The notes under the pieces: model-generated
Database searches by the model: none
What the model was told of the DNA's origin: nothing
The model's input: the letters and a program-made list of their open reading frames with translations, nothing else
Part shown: positions 8,509-16,908 of the stretch, one piece after another
How the letters are laid out: every line of letters begins with the position of its first letter
Numbering within the stretch: the first letter of the stretch is position 1
Translations under genes and position numbers: made by a program
Origin: an uncultured virus (IMG/VR IMGVR_UViG_3300015050_001305)
Lineage: Duplodnaviria; Heunggongvirae; Uroviricota; Caudoviricetes
Strand: one strand, 5' to 3'
Length of the DNA stretch: 20,000 nucleotides
IMG/VR virus record: IMGVR_UViG_3300015050_001305

Positions 8509-8518
8509 TAGGTATCAT

Positions 8519-9253
8519 ATGATTGATATTAAAAAATTACGGACGCTGGTTTTGAATTCTTCCCTTGGTCAATGGCGTCAAGTTGAAGTCAATGCAGCTG
8601 ACCAATTCGAAGAACCAAAAATGATGCCAGCCATCTACCTGAGTGATGGGGTAGCCATTACCTTGCCGAGCAATATTGCGCTGCTGCTTGCAATTCAGCA
8701 AGCTTTGCCAGATTTGCTAACGATCGCCGAACGGGTGGAAACACTGGCAGCAACGAGGATGGAAGACGACATCTATGAGACGGCAGACCAGCGCGCCAAA
8801 GATGTGAGCGTCTTGGCTTATTGCGAAGCCAGCGAAAACCTATTTGCTGATTTTCAGCGTGCAACTGCCGTCACTCGGGCACCTTTGGCAGATCACCCCA
8901 AGAATGAATCAATGGCGCTTATTGCGAATAACGCTAAGTCTTCGGGCCTTGTGCTCGAAGTAAAAGAACGCTGCGCTTTATATTATGATATCGATGCCAT
9001 CGGCAATGACCTCTCGGACCTTGGGCTGGACGACGCCCCTAGCGGGTTGTCCATTTGGGAAGGTTACGCAGTTGACCTTGTTCAATCCTATTATGATTCA
9101 GATATCGAACATGAACTCCATGGCACCTTCAGAGCCCTGACGGTTGCCGAATGGGACTTGCTGCGAACTGGCAAGCCCCTCTTCCCGCCATCTGTAGATG
9201 ATGACGAACAAAATCCGCCGACCAAGTTATTACCGTATATTGGTTTGAAATGA
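8519..9253 (+). CDS. acidic phage protein, N-terminus loosely Ead/Ea22-like
   Basis: 244 aa; IDIKKLRTL...GQW...NIALLLA...LPDLL pattern; family assignment weak. Confidence 0.7.
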   Translation: MIDIKKLRTLVLNSSLGQWRQVEVNAADQFEEPKMMPAIYLSDGVAITLPSNIALLLAIQQALPDLLTIAERVETLAATRMEDDIYETADQRAKDVSVLAYCEASENLFADFQRATAVTRAPLADHPKNESMALIANNAKSSGLVLEVKERCALYYDIDAIGNDLSDLGLDDAPSGLSIWEGYAVDLVQSYYDSDIEHELHGTFRALTVAEWDLLRTGKPLFPPSVDDDEQNPPTKLLPYIGLK

Positions 9254-9699
9254 AGACAAAACGCAAATATCCTGACCGGCCAAGGTACCAACACTGCATT
9301 TTGCAATGTGCCGACGGCACCAAGATTACAGCATGGCTCCCTAGTCATGCCGTGAAGCTAGATACGTTCTTGCCCGTCGACGAACAGGGTCGGCACTGGC
9401 GAATCAAGGCCGCAGGCTTGCCATGCCCTAAGCATGTAGCCATTAAATACGAACAAGTAAAGCATTTGCTCACTGATGCAACGCCAAGTGATAGCGCGCC
9501 AATCATTCTGGCATCTCGCGAAGCGCTGCTGGCGGCAGCCTTGCCCTATGTATTCGAGGGCACGTCATGCGCAGGCGAAGCTACCTTTGGTCAAGTCTGT
9601 TACCATGTTGCTAGCGAGCATGCCTACACCAATTTTGGTTTAGCTGCGCTGCGTATTTTTTTTAATAATCGAATTATGGCTATGCCCAATGATGTCTGA
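9250..9699 (+). CDS. hypothetical phage protein
   Basis: 149 aa; ATGA overlap. Confidence 0.65.
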   Translation: MKTKRKYPDRPRYQHCILQCADGTKITAWLPSHAVKLDTFLPVDEQGRHWRIKAAGLPCPKHVAIKYEQVKHLLTDATPSDSAPIILASREALLAAALPYVFEGTSCAGEATFGQVCYHVASEHAYTNFGLAALRIFFNNRIMAMPNDV

Positions 9700-9708
9700 A
9701 CAGTTGCC

Positions 9709-10080
9709 ATGCAGCATAGGCAGCCTATGACTATATTCGTTTTTGGCAGCAACACTGCGGGTCGTCATGGCAAGGGCGCAGCTCTGGAAGCGCGCAGGGT
9801 CTGGGGCGCAAAGTATGGCATCGGCGAGGGTTTGACGGGTAATGCTTATGCAATTCCGACCAAAGACGATCAGCTTCAGACTAGATCTCTAGCGCTGATT
9901 CAGCTATCTGTTCAGATGTTCATTGATTTCGCTACAGCAAATCCCCAGTTGTCGTTCTTCGTGACAGCGATTGGCTGTGGGTTAGCCGGCTATCAGCCTA
10001 ATGATATTGCGCCAATGTTTAAACATGCGCCAAGCAACTGCGAATTGCCAAAAGGTTGGCGTGACTGGGTTACATTTTGA
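9709..10080 (+). CDS. A1S_2505-family phage non-structural protein (macro-domain-like)
   Basis: IFVFGSNTAGRHGKGAA, G.GEGLTGNAYAIPTK, FFVTAIGCGLAGY, IAPMF; start may be ATG 9727. Confidence 0.85.
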   Translation: MQHRQPMTIFVFGSNTAGRHGKGAALEARRVWGAKYGIGEGLTGNAYAIPTKDDQLQTRSLALIQLSVQMFIDFATANPQLSFFVTAIGCGLAGYQPNDIAPMFKHAPSNCELPKGWRDWVTF

Positions 10081-10135
10081 AAAGTTCCTGGCATCTACCA
10101 TGACACCATTTTACGAATTACGCTAAAAGCTATCT

Positions 10136-10489
10136 ATGAGCAGCAGAGACCACAGCACCACATGCGAAGCATGTAGCCACGCCTCAGGTGGCATCAATGA
10201 CTTTCAATGCTCTTGTCAGTTGGAATCCAAGGCGTGGATCGGCACAACCACGCAGGCATCAGCAGCCCGCACACTGATGTATGCGCTCATTTATCCTGAT
10301 CGCGATTTCGATGCGGCATGGGAGGCTGCGAGCCTGCAATGGGGCCTCTTCGGCGAAGTGCCGGCCAAGATTGCTTTACTTGAAGTCGCCCTCCTGGAAG
10401 CCTGCGACCTGGCTGCTCGCGCTGGTCGTCGGAACAAGCAAACACTTGCAAGAATTGCCACATTGCGTGCTAAAGCAACAGGCAAGTAG
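10136..10489 (+). CDS. hypothetical protein with N-terminal CxxC...CxC
   Basis: 117 aa; CEAC...CSC. Confidence 0.6.
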   Translation: MSSRDHSTTCEACSHASGGINDFQCSCQLESKAWIGTTTQASAARTLMYALIYPDRDFDAAWEAASLQWGLFGEVPAKIALLEVALLEACDLAARAGRRNKQTLARIATLRAKATGK

Positions 10490-10606
10490 ACCTATTCTGC
10501 ATTATTCAATAGGATGGCACCATGATTCAATATCCTTCGCATGAGCAACTGTATCCTGACAATGTTATAAGCTGCTGAGTACACCTTGAAAGCGAAATAG
10601 GTAATT

Positions 10607-11620
10607 ATGTATCCATTTTTTTTACACTTGATACGCTTGCTCCTTAGCAAGATAGCTTATCGCGGCATACGCCATGAGCTTGACGAGAACGAATCCAACG
10701 CTGAGGCACCTCCGGCCAAGGAAGTCGCAGCCGAAGTGGCAGAGCTGCCTGCCGCAGTCGATGTTGCAGTAGCGGCGGCTGTTATTGTGCCGCTGGAAGA
10801 TGTCGAGATAGCGCCAGTGGTGGCAGCGCCAGACGTAGATCAGCTGCCAATTCTAAGCGTAGGCATTGATGGATGGTTAATCGGCAAAAAAGTCGTCAAG
10901 GTGCCGACCGAACGAGTCTATGCATGGAGATCTAAGAGCGGTAAACCGTTGGGCGCTTTATGGCATTGGACATCAACGGCGCATGGTACAGCGCTGACAA
11001 TGGCGAAGCGGATCGTCAAGGCACCTGGCACTTCAGTGCATTTATGGATTGAGCATGATGGCACAATTTACCAGTCAGCTCCGATGACTCGCGCAACTGG
11101 CCATGCAGGTGGCAAAACCGCAAAGAGAATGAGTGATCGAAATGGCGTTTGCGTACTCGACTCTAATGGTACGCGTGACGCCAACAGCTTCTTATTGGGA
11201 ATTGAAATGGTCAGCGTCGGCGAGGTCAGACTGGTTATGAAACAGTCCGACGGATCTTACGCTAAGGCCACATCAGATGCGCCAAGCGCAGTTTACATGG
11301 GATGGCCATTTGGCCGATGGGTCAAAGATCACGAGACCGGCAAGCTGGTCATCGGCAAGGGTCCGATCGTTAAGTCGGATCAAGTGAAATCCGCACTAGA
11401 CGAAACTGGCTTGCTTCGACATTACCATGACTACACGCCCGATCAGATCGACGCAATGGAACGGCTTTGCCGGGCATGGCGAGATAAATACGACTGGACG
11501 GATGAGCAAATGTCATGGGGACATATCGACAGCGATCCAACGCGAAAATCAGATCCTGGCCCAATCATGAAAAACAAATGGATGCCAGAGATCTTCAAGC
11601 GGATGCGTAAGGATACTTAA
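10607..11620 (+). CDS. N-acetylmuramoyl-L-alanine amidase (Amidase_2/AmpD-like), probable endolysin
   Basis: LWHWT, SVHLWIEHDGTIYQ, GHAG, NSFLLGIEM, YTPDQ, WGHID...RKSDPGP (His/His/Asp Zn ligands). Confidence 0.88.
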   Translation: MYPFFLHLIRLLLSKIAYRGIRHELDENESNAEAPPAKEVAAEVAELPAAVDVAVAAAVIVPLEDVEIAPVVAAPDVDQLPILSVGIDGWLIGKKVVKVPTERVYAWRSKSGKPLGALWHWTSTAHGTALTMAKRIVKAPGTSVHLWIEHDGTIYQSAPMTRATGHAGGKTAKRMSDRNGVCVLDSNGTRDANSFLLGIEMVSVGEVRLVMKQSDGSYAKATSDAPSAVYMGWPFGRWVKDHETGKLVIGKGPIVKSDQVKSALDETGLLRHYHDYTPDQIDAMERLCRAWRDKYDWTDEQMSWGHIDSDPTRKSDPGPIMKNKWMPEIFKRMRKDT

Positions 11621-11623
11621 CGC

Positions 11624-11902
11624 ATGACTATCGCTGAACTGCTCTCCGAATGTTTGCTAGCGCGCCAACAACACTTGAGCCATTTTGTTTTGCGCATCAA
11701 TCGCCATGGCGGTTCGCGAATGCAGCTACTTAAGGGAATCGCAGGCGTAGGCTTAATCGGCAGCGTTATCGGATCTGATAAGACAGGCTCTTATGTTGCA
11801 ATCAGTATCGCCAAGGCTGAGGCGGTTGCGGCAAAGCTGGACCCATCCACGGAAATTCCCGGCGCATCACCACATCGTGCTAAGATCACTCCGTCATGGT
11901 GA
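11624..11902 (+). CDS. hypothetical protein
   Basis: 92 aa; 3 nt after the amidase stop. Confidence 0.65.
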   Translation: MTIAELLSECLLARQQHLSHFVLRINRHGGSRMQLLKGIAGVGLIGSVIGSDKTGSYVAISIAKAEAVAAKLDPSTEIPGASPHRAKITPSW

Positions 11903-12045
11903 AGATAGATTGGCGACGCGTCCTATGCTTTCTCAGCTACCATACGTGGGTGCCATTTCATCCTGATGCGTATCGAGGTTTGATGATTTGCACATTCTGC
12001 AAGTCAGGCAGATGGTGTGATCCGTACATGCATCCTAGTGATTAA
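11896..12045 (+). CDS. small DUF1660-like phage zinc-binding protein (49 aa, not in ORF track)
   Basis: MVKIDWRRVLCFLSYHTW...MICTFCK...*; LCxxxxHxW...CxxC pattern. Confidence 0.6.
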   Translation: MVKIDWRRVLCFLSYHTWVPFHPDAYRGLMICTFCKSGRWCDPYMHPSD

Positions 12046-12247
12046 GCTTGATTAGCTGACAGAGCTTTTCCATTGCGGCAACATCCTGATTCGTCGCTTG
12101 GATGGGCGGCGCTTGCGTCGCTAAATTTTGCGAAATATTGCAATTTTGCTGAGCAGCTTTCAATAATTTACGCTTAGATCTCATCGCATATCCAAGTCCT
12201 ATCATTGCCGAAACCAATCCAATTAATACAATCCCTATTGTCATCAT
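12035..12247 (-). CDS. small single-pass membrane protein
   Basis: N-terminal hydrophobic helix followed by basic residues; own sigma70-like promoter. Confidence 0.65.
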   Translation of the reverse strand: MMTIGIVLIGLVSAMIGLGYAMRSKRKLLKAAQQNCNISQNLATQAPPIQATNQDVAAMEKLCQLIKLNH

Positions 12248-12255
12248 CTTTTTTT

Positions 12256-12284
12256 AACATAGAAAATTCAATCTACGAAATCAA
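12256..12284 (-). promoter_or_regulatory. sigma70-like promoter
   Basis: TTGATT-N17-TATGTT, 8 nt before ATG 12247. Confidence 0.5.
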
Positions 12285-12372
12285 AGCTGCGCCATATATT
12301 GGATATGTAATGATTTTTCGAAGAAGACGCGCTTCAACATAATAATCAGCAAGATGGCATAGTACGCATCAT

Positions 12373-12984
12373 ATGCACCACCTGCTGTCAAATGACCAGT
12401 ACTTCGTAAAGTATACGATTGACTCAAAACTTGACAACCTGTTCAGCGATAACAGGTACTTGTCTAGAATAGATGGGTCAATCTTATGTCTCACAGGGCC
12501 AGATAGCGAAGCCGTCGTATGCGGTCGACTGAGGGCTCATCTGCTTAATGTCAATGAAATGTTGGAAGATCAGAACTTTAAAATTGACACATGGCACGAA
12601 GACGACGAATTGCATGACATTGCGCAATCCATTTACACCTTCAGTGGTCAGTGGACTGAAGTCCTAGGAGCGACGTGGCCGAATGTTGAAAGCATGGATG
12701 TGCTTGTAATAGAAGACATTTTCCTTGAAAACAGTCACCGAGGTGCCGAATTAGGACTTGTTGTGGCAGACCGAACGATTGCCATCTTCGGTCGCGGCTG
12801 CGGTCTTGCCGTTATCTGCCCATGGCCAACTGAGCTAAAGGACTGCGACGATGAGGAGAACGCAGCTGAACATGCCCATAGTCGTCTAGGTGAGTACGCT
12901 GAGCGCATTGGATTCAAGGCTATCGAGGGCACTGACCTTTGGGCTAAATCGTTAGAGCACTTCATTGAGCGCAGCAGTAACTAG
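12373..12984 (+). CDS. GNAT-fold-like protein
   Basis: LVIEDIFLE.SHRGAELG...AVICPWP...RLGEYAERIGF resembles GNAT motifs A/B. Confidence 0.6.
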   Translation: MHHLLSNDQYFVKYTIDSKLDNLFSDNRYLSRIDGSILCLTGPDSEAVVCGRLRAHLLNVNEMLEDQNFKIDTWHEDDELHDIAQSIYTFSGQWTEVLGATWPNVESMDVLVIEDIFLENSHRGAELGLVVADRTIAIFGRGCGLAVICPWPTELKDCDDEENAAEHAHSRLGEYAERIGFKAIEGTDLWAKSLEHFIERSSN

Positions 12985-12992
12985 GCGTAGGA

Positions 12993-13223
12993 TTGATAAC
13001 TTTTTCATGGAGTCTGCTGATGAAAGAAGAGCTGATATCAGTTGTCCAGCCGTTTTTGTTTTCTGTCGCGTTGAGTCAGGTTCGCATTATACTAGATGCC
13101 CATCTTGTTCAATTCGATAGGCTGAAGCAAGTGCTACTGGAAATATCCACAATGCCTGACACGGTTGAAGGCGCGGAAGCGGCCAGGGAAGCGGCGAAAA
13201 AAGCGTTACGATCAGTTGAATAA
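12993..13223 (+). CDS. small helical hypothetical protein
   Basis: ORF between the GNAT-like and GGDEF genes; start may be ATG 13020 (GGAG upstream). Confidence 0.6.
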   Translation: MITFSWSLLMKEELISVVQPFLFSVALSQVRIILDAHLVQFDRLKQVLLEISTMPDTVEGAEAAREAAKKALRSVE

Positions 13224-13242
13224 ATAAAGTGAGAAACTTCCT

Positions 13243-14268
13243 ATGCCTACTAACATAAGCGATCGAATCAGTGAAATGCAGGCGGAGTTGGAAGAGATCA
13301 AGCGCTTGCCGCCTCGCTCGATTGATGGATCTTTTGATTTTTCAGAAGACACCGATGTCAGCGAATCGATCCAAATCATGGACCCCATGGCGGCGGCGGC
13401 TTATCAGCTGATCGCAGACCATGCGACGGACATGATCTCCGTTCACTCCGACAACGGTCGCTACGTATTCGTCTCATCTGCATGTCGTCGCCTGTTAGGC
13501 TTCAATGCCGGCGAATTGATAGGCCTGAGCCCTCATCGTTTAGGTCATCCAGAGGAAATCGATAAAATTGCGGAATATTACTTTCAGCCGATTGATAATG
13601 TTGATTTGCCATCCATTACTTATCGCTTGCGATGTAGAAATGGAACGTATCGATGGGTTGAGACAACCTCGCGTATTCATGTTTCGCACACAGGCATGCG
13701 CAGAATAATTGCCATTACGCGTGATGTTTCAGAGCGTGAGCGGCTAGTGCGCCAACTGGAAGAGTCGAACCGTCAGCTTATGGCCATTGCCTCGCGCGAT
13801 GAATTAACCGGTGTCGCCAATCGGCGCGCGTTCAACGAACGCCTTAGCTATCTGACGCTAGATTTCCACAGGGGAAGAATCTTCTCGCTGGTTGTAGGCG
13901 ATATCGATAAGTTCAAATTAATGAATGATACGTATGGCCATCAGGCAGGCGATAAGATTATTGGATTGGTAGCTCAAGCGTTAGCGAATGAATGCCGCAG
14001 CATAGATATGGTCGCCAGGTATGGAGGCGAGGAATTTGCAATCCTATTGCCTGGCACCAACGAAGCTGGAGCCCTGGCGCTGGCTGAGCGAGCCAGAGAA
14101 GCAATCAGTAATATAGTCTGCCAGTACGGCCAAGTGACGATGAGCTTTGGCGTCTGCACATCTAGCTCAACGGCCGATAATGAGCATGATATATTTTCCT
14201 TCGCAGATCGCGCACTGTACACGGCCAAGTCAAACGGTCGGAATCGCGTACATCTTCATCGCAGTTAG
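13243..14268 (+). CDS. PAS-GGDEF diguanylate cyclase
   Basis: PAS (DMISVH..GRYVFVS...HPEE...YRLRCRNGTYRWVE...RDVSER), coiled-coil linker, DELTGVANRR, DIDKFKLMNDTYGHQAGD, RSID I-site, RYGGEEF, ADRALYTAKSNGRN. Confidence 0.95.
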   Translation: MPTNISDRISEMQAELEEIKRLPPRSIDGSFDFSEDTDVSESIQIMDPMAAAAYQLIADHATDMISVHSDNGRYVFVSSACRRLLGFNAGELIGLSPHRLGHPEEIDKIAEYYFQPIDNVDLPSITYRLRCRNGTYRWVETTSRIHVSHTGMRRIIAITRDVSERERLVRQLEESNRQLMAIASRDELTGVANRRAFNERLSYLTLDFHRGRIFSLVVGDIDKFKLMNDTYGHQAGDKIIGLVAQALANECRSIDMVARYGGEEFAILLPGTNEAGALALAERAREAISNIVCQYGQVTMSFGVCTSSSTADNEHDIFSFADRALYTAKSNGRNRVHLHRS

Positions 14269-14363
14269 CCGGCGCAAACACTTGCGCGCTACAGATGATT
14301 GACAATGGCATAAGTGAGCGGCATCGTGTCTTGAATTTTTGAACCAAATCGAAATGAGGACAC

Positions 14364-14867
14364 ATGGCTGCAAATGATTTTGATCCAATGGATGGACTTT
14401 CCGCTGAAGATATCGCGTACCTAGAAGGCAGCAAAAGAGCCGCTGCCCGACAGTACGGTGCGCACGGCGAAGACCTTGCCAGGCAGAAGGCATCTGCCGA
14501 GCATATGCGCCTCACGCGTCTATCGCTGGGACTGCCGGCGATAGACGTCGCTAGCGCATCCGAAGTCTCGCTAAATACAACAGCGCCGTCTTCGTCGGCG
14601 GTTATTTCAATCATGATTGCTAATCCAGAGGAAGGTGGCCAGCGGACTCCGCATACGGAACAGTATGCGCCTGATTGGCATGTGATGAAGGAGATGCTGA
14701 CCAGGTATGACGGCACATGGATCGTGGTCAGGCACGAGATCCCTAGCCAGGTGGAATCAATCCTTGGGTTCTTTGGCAAAGATGGCTGGGATGAACCTGC
14801 GAATTCAAAGCAGGAAACATTTGAAGTGATCGTAAAAAAGGGTAAAGTTTTTCGGACAGACATATAG
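14364..14867 (+). CDS. hypothetical protein
   Basis: 167 aa; GAGGA SD upstream. Confidence 0.7.
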   Translation: MAANDFDPMDGLSAEDIAYLEGSKRAAARQYGAHGEDLARQKASAEHMRLTRLSLGLPAIDVASASEVSLNTTAPSSSAVISIMIANPEEGGQRTPHTEQYAPDWHVMKEMLTRYDGTWIVVRHEIPSQVESILGFFGKDGWDEPANSKQETFEVIVKKGKVFRTDI

Positions 14868-14895
14868 TCCATGGTTTAGTGTCCTGCGATTACTG

Positions 14896-15216
14896 ATGAA
14901 GCATGCCTTGACGCAAATACTGGAAACTATTGCCAGGCATCACGATATTGCGGCAGTCCTCGTGCCTACGCATATTGCAATGGGGCTAGTTGACGAAATG
15001 TATCCGTTATCAACGGACTGCGATGTCGCACGCACGAATGAAGCACGTCAACGATATCTCCAGCTGGTCCAGCTAGGTGGGTACATTGGCAGAGTGTCGG
15101 AGACACCAATGGTCGTCGCGAGGGATGTCGTCATCTGCTCTCTTAACGATCAGGATTTGACGTGTGCCGCTACTCGACTCGGCATTAACATGCAGGAATT
15201 GAACTTGAAGCTGTAA
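14896..15216 (+). CDS. hypothetical protein
   Basis: 106-aa ORF in + strand run. Confidence 0.6.
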   Translation: MKHALTQILETIARHHDIAAVLVPTHIAMGLVDEMYPLSTDCDVARTNEARQRYLQLVQLGGYIGRVSETPMVVARDVVICSLNDQDLTCAATRLGINMQELNLKL

Positions 15217-15227
15217 CAGGGTAAGCT
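15199..15227 (+). promoter_or_regulatory. sigma70-like promoter
   Basis: TTGAAC-N17-TAAGCT, 6 nt before ATG 15234. Confidence 0.4.
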
Positions 15228-15233
15228 TCATTT

Positions 15234-15707
15234 ATGTTCTCCAGGGAAGTTGTTAAAAACGTCGAAGTCACAGCATCCGCTAATGTACTGCCTGTGCGCG
15301 GCAGCAATCATCCTGCATTTGTCGAAATGCTATTTCTTTGGGGTGATAGCTTGTTAGAGGATTGCAGGTTTCGGACTGTTGTGTTGCCGGCAGGCTTCTA
15401 TCTCCAGCCTGTAGATGAAAACATTATTAATATAAATGACATGCACGACTTCACGCGTGCGCGATTGCACAACCTTAATTCGACGCCTTCGATTGCGCCT
15501 ATGAAGCGTTTCACACAAAGCGTCGCAGCGCACGGCGGGACATTCAAAGGCTTGGTCATGGACTGGTCTGAAGTGGTCTACCGCACGCCATCCTGCAGTG
15601 ATCAATCAGCTGCAATGCAGTTAGCCGCCGCGTGGCTAGATGAGTATAAACCGAGATGGGACAGCTATGTTGCCGCTGTAAATTTCGAACGAAAGATACC
15701 TGGCTGA
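15234..15707 (+). CDS. hypothetical phage protein
   Basis: 157 aa; ...VVLPAGF...WLDEYKPRW. Confidence 0.65.
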   Translation: MFSREVVKNVEVTASANVLPVRGSNHPAFVEMLFLWGDSLLEDCRFRTVVLPAGFYLQPVDENIININDMHDFTRARLHNLNSTPSIAPMKRFTQSVAAHGGTFKGLVMDWSEVVYRTPSCSDQSAAMQLAAAWLDEYKPRWDSYVAAVNFERKIPG

Positions 15708-15710
15708 TCT

Positions 15711-16076
15711 ATGAAGGTAGCAATCGTAGGATCTAGGGATTATCTGAACGTCGATGCCATTAAAGACTTCGTTGACTCCCTAGATCTGGACAGCGTCATT
15801 ATCAGCGGCGGAGCCAGAGGGGTTGATGCCATTGCTGAAGCAGCGGCCAGAAAGCGTGGCATGACTGTTACGGTCTTTCTGGCGGATTGGAATCAGTATG
15901 GCAAGGCAGCCGGACATATCAGAAATCAACGCATTGTTGATGAGTGCGACATCTTGGTAGCCTTCTGGGACGGCAATAGTCCAGGCACAAAGGATTCCAT
16001 TTCGAAGGCGAGCAAGGCTGGCAAGCTAAGCAAGGTTTTCAGAGACACCAATCCGACGCAGGGTAATCTCTTCTAA
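15711..16076 (+). CDS. SLOG-superfamily protein (DUF2493/YspA-like)
   Basis: KVAIVGSRDY, IISGGARGVD, ADWNQYGKAAGHIRN, LVAFWDGNSPGT. Confidence 0.88.
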   Translation: MKVAIVGSRDYLNVDAIKDFVDSLDLDSVIISGGARGVDAIAEAAARKRGMTVTVFLADWNQYGKAAGHIRNQRIVDECDILVAFWDGNSPGTKDSISKASKAGKLSKVFRDTNPTQGNLF

Positions 16077-16079
16077 GCA

Positions 16080-16108
16080 TTGACAATGGTTTATATTTTT
16101 TAAATAAT
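16080..16108 (+). promoter_or_regulatory. sigma70-like promoter
   Basis: TTGACA-N17-AATAAT, 7 nt before ATG 16116. Confidence 0.55.
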
Positions 16109-16115
16109 AAATCCA

Positions 16116-16328
16116 ATGAAATATGGTAATGGAGACATGCGCTTAATGGCCATTGGCGAAATGGGCGCAGCAGTAATTGGGCCTGTGGCAGCCGCGAATG
16201 TGGTGCTTCTAATGGAAGACTACCCTATACCCCTGATAATCGCAGGGGCTATTGTGGTGTGGGTCGCCTCAACCCTCATGGCGTTGGCGATAGTTCATCA
16301 TGGATATGATGCAAAAGATCGAATTTAG
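16116..16328 (+). CDS. small membrane protein with two hydrophobic segments
   Basis: 70 aa; two hydrophobic stretches and a charged C-terminus. Confidence 0.6.
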   Translation: MKYGNGDMRLMAIGEMGAAVIGPVAAANVVLLMEDYPIPLIIAGAIVVWVASTLMALAIVHHGYDAKDRI

Positions 16329-16401
16329 CAAAAAATTAATCAACTACATGTTGATTAACTTGAGAGATCGTACCATGGTGTAAATCATGAAGGAAAAAAC
16401 T

Positions 16402-16833
16402 ATGAACTCAGATTTTGAAAGAATTGTCGCCGAAGTGACTGAGCAGATTAAGCCAGTCATCCGGGCTTCGCTCAAGAAGTTGGCGGCAACGACGCGAGAC
16501 CAGCTGATTGCTCAGCTGGGTGGCAAGCACTCAACTGCCAAGGCTTCGACTAAGAAGACCCCTGGTAAGCGCAAGGCCGGCCGACCAAGTAAGGCCAGCT
16601 TGGTTGCCATCAAGGTCAGCCCAGTCAGTACTAAGACCACGCTGGCGGCTCAGCCTGTACCTAAAAAATACAAAACAAAAAACAAACCTGCTTTGAATGA
16701 CCAGAAGGCAGTCACGAAAAGCAAAAAAACTGTAGAGCTAAGCAGCCCAGTTGAAAAGCGACGCGTCGGCCGCCCAAGCAAGACACAAGCAGTCACTACT
16801 CAGCCAGAATCTACCAATATCAGCCTGTCATAA
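16402..16833 (+). CDS. basic histone-like/AT-hook-like DNA-binding protein
   Basis: Helical N-terminus, then Lys/Thr/Ser/Pro-rich tail with RKAGRPSK and RRVGRPSK; start 16402 (AAGGA SD) or 16387. Confidence 0.7.
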   Translation: MNSDFERIVAEVTEQIKPVIRASLKKLAATTRDQLIAQLGGKHSTAKASTKKTPGKRKAGRPSKASLVAIKVSPVSTKTTLAAQPVPKKYKTKNKPALNDQKAVTKSKKTVELSSPVEKRRVGRPSKTQAVTTQPESTNISLS

Positions 16834-16853
16834 ACTTCAACTACTCACATCAA

Positions 16854-16908
16854 ATAGGGCCACATTAAATGCCGCCGTCCAGGGCATTCAATGTGGCCCT
16901 ATCTTTTT
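16854..16908 (+). terminator. long hairpin between convergent genes (probable terminator)
   Basis: ATAGGGCCACATTAAATGCC-9nt-GGCATTCAATGTGGCCCTAT (19/20 paired) followed by CTTTTT. Confidence 0.7.

Noticed and set aside
8497..8510. GCTCAGTTGTAG (and GCTCAGCTGTAGAG near 17740, minus) resembling tRNA D-arm remnants
   Set aside because: No T-arm or acceptor stem nearby; both coincide with the TGAAAG-N15/16-TGTAG motif.
165..10544. Numerous short antisense or alternate-frame ORFs in the track (e.g. 165-392, 4733-5056, 5264-5575, 8658-8864, 10281-10544)
   Set aside because: They overlap better-supported, translationally coupled + strand genes and lack start signals or motifs.
14266..14291. Hairpin after the diguanylate cyclase as a c-di-GMP riboswitch or terminator
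   Set aside because: Only a short GCGCAA/TTGCGC stem; lacks the two-stem GEMM architecture and a U-tract.
14162..14872. 236-aa minus-strand ORF
   Set aside because: Antisense shadow of the + strand gene 14364-14867, which has an SD, and it overlaps the GGDEF gene; no motifs.
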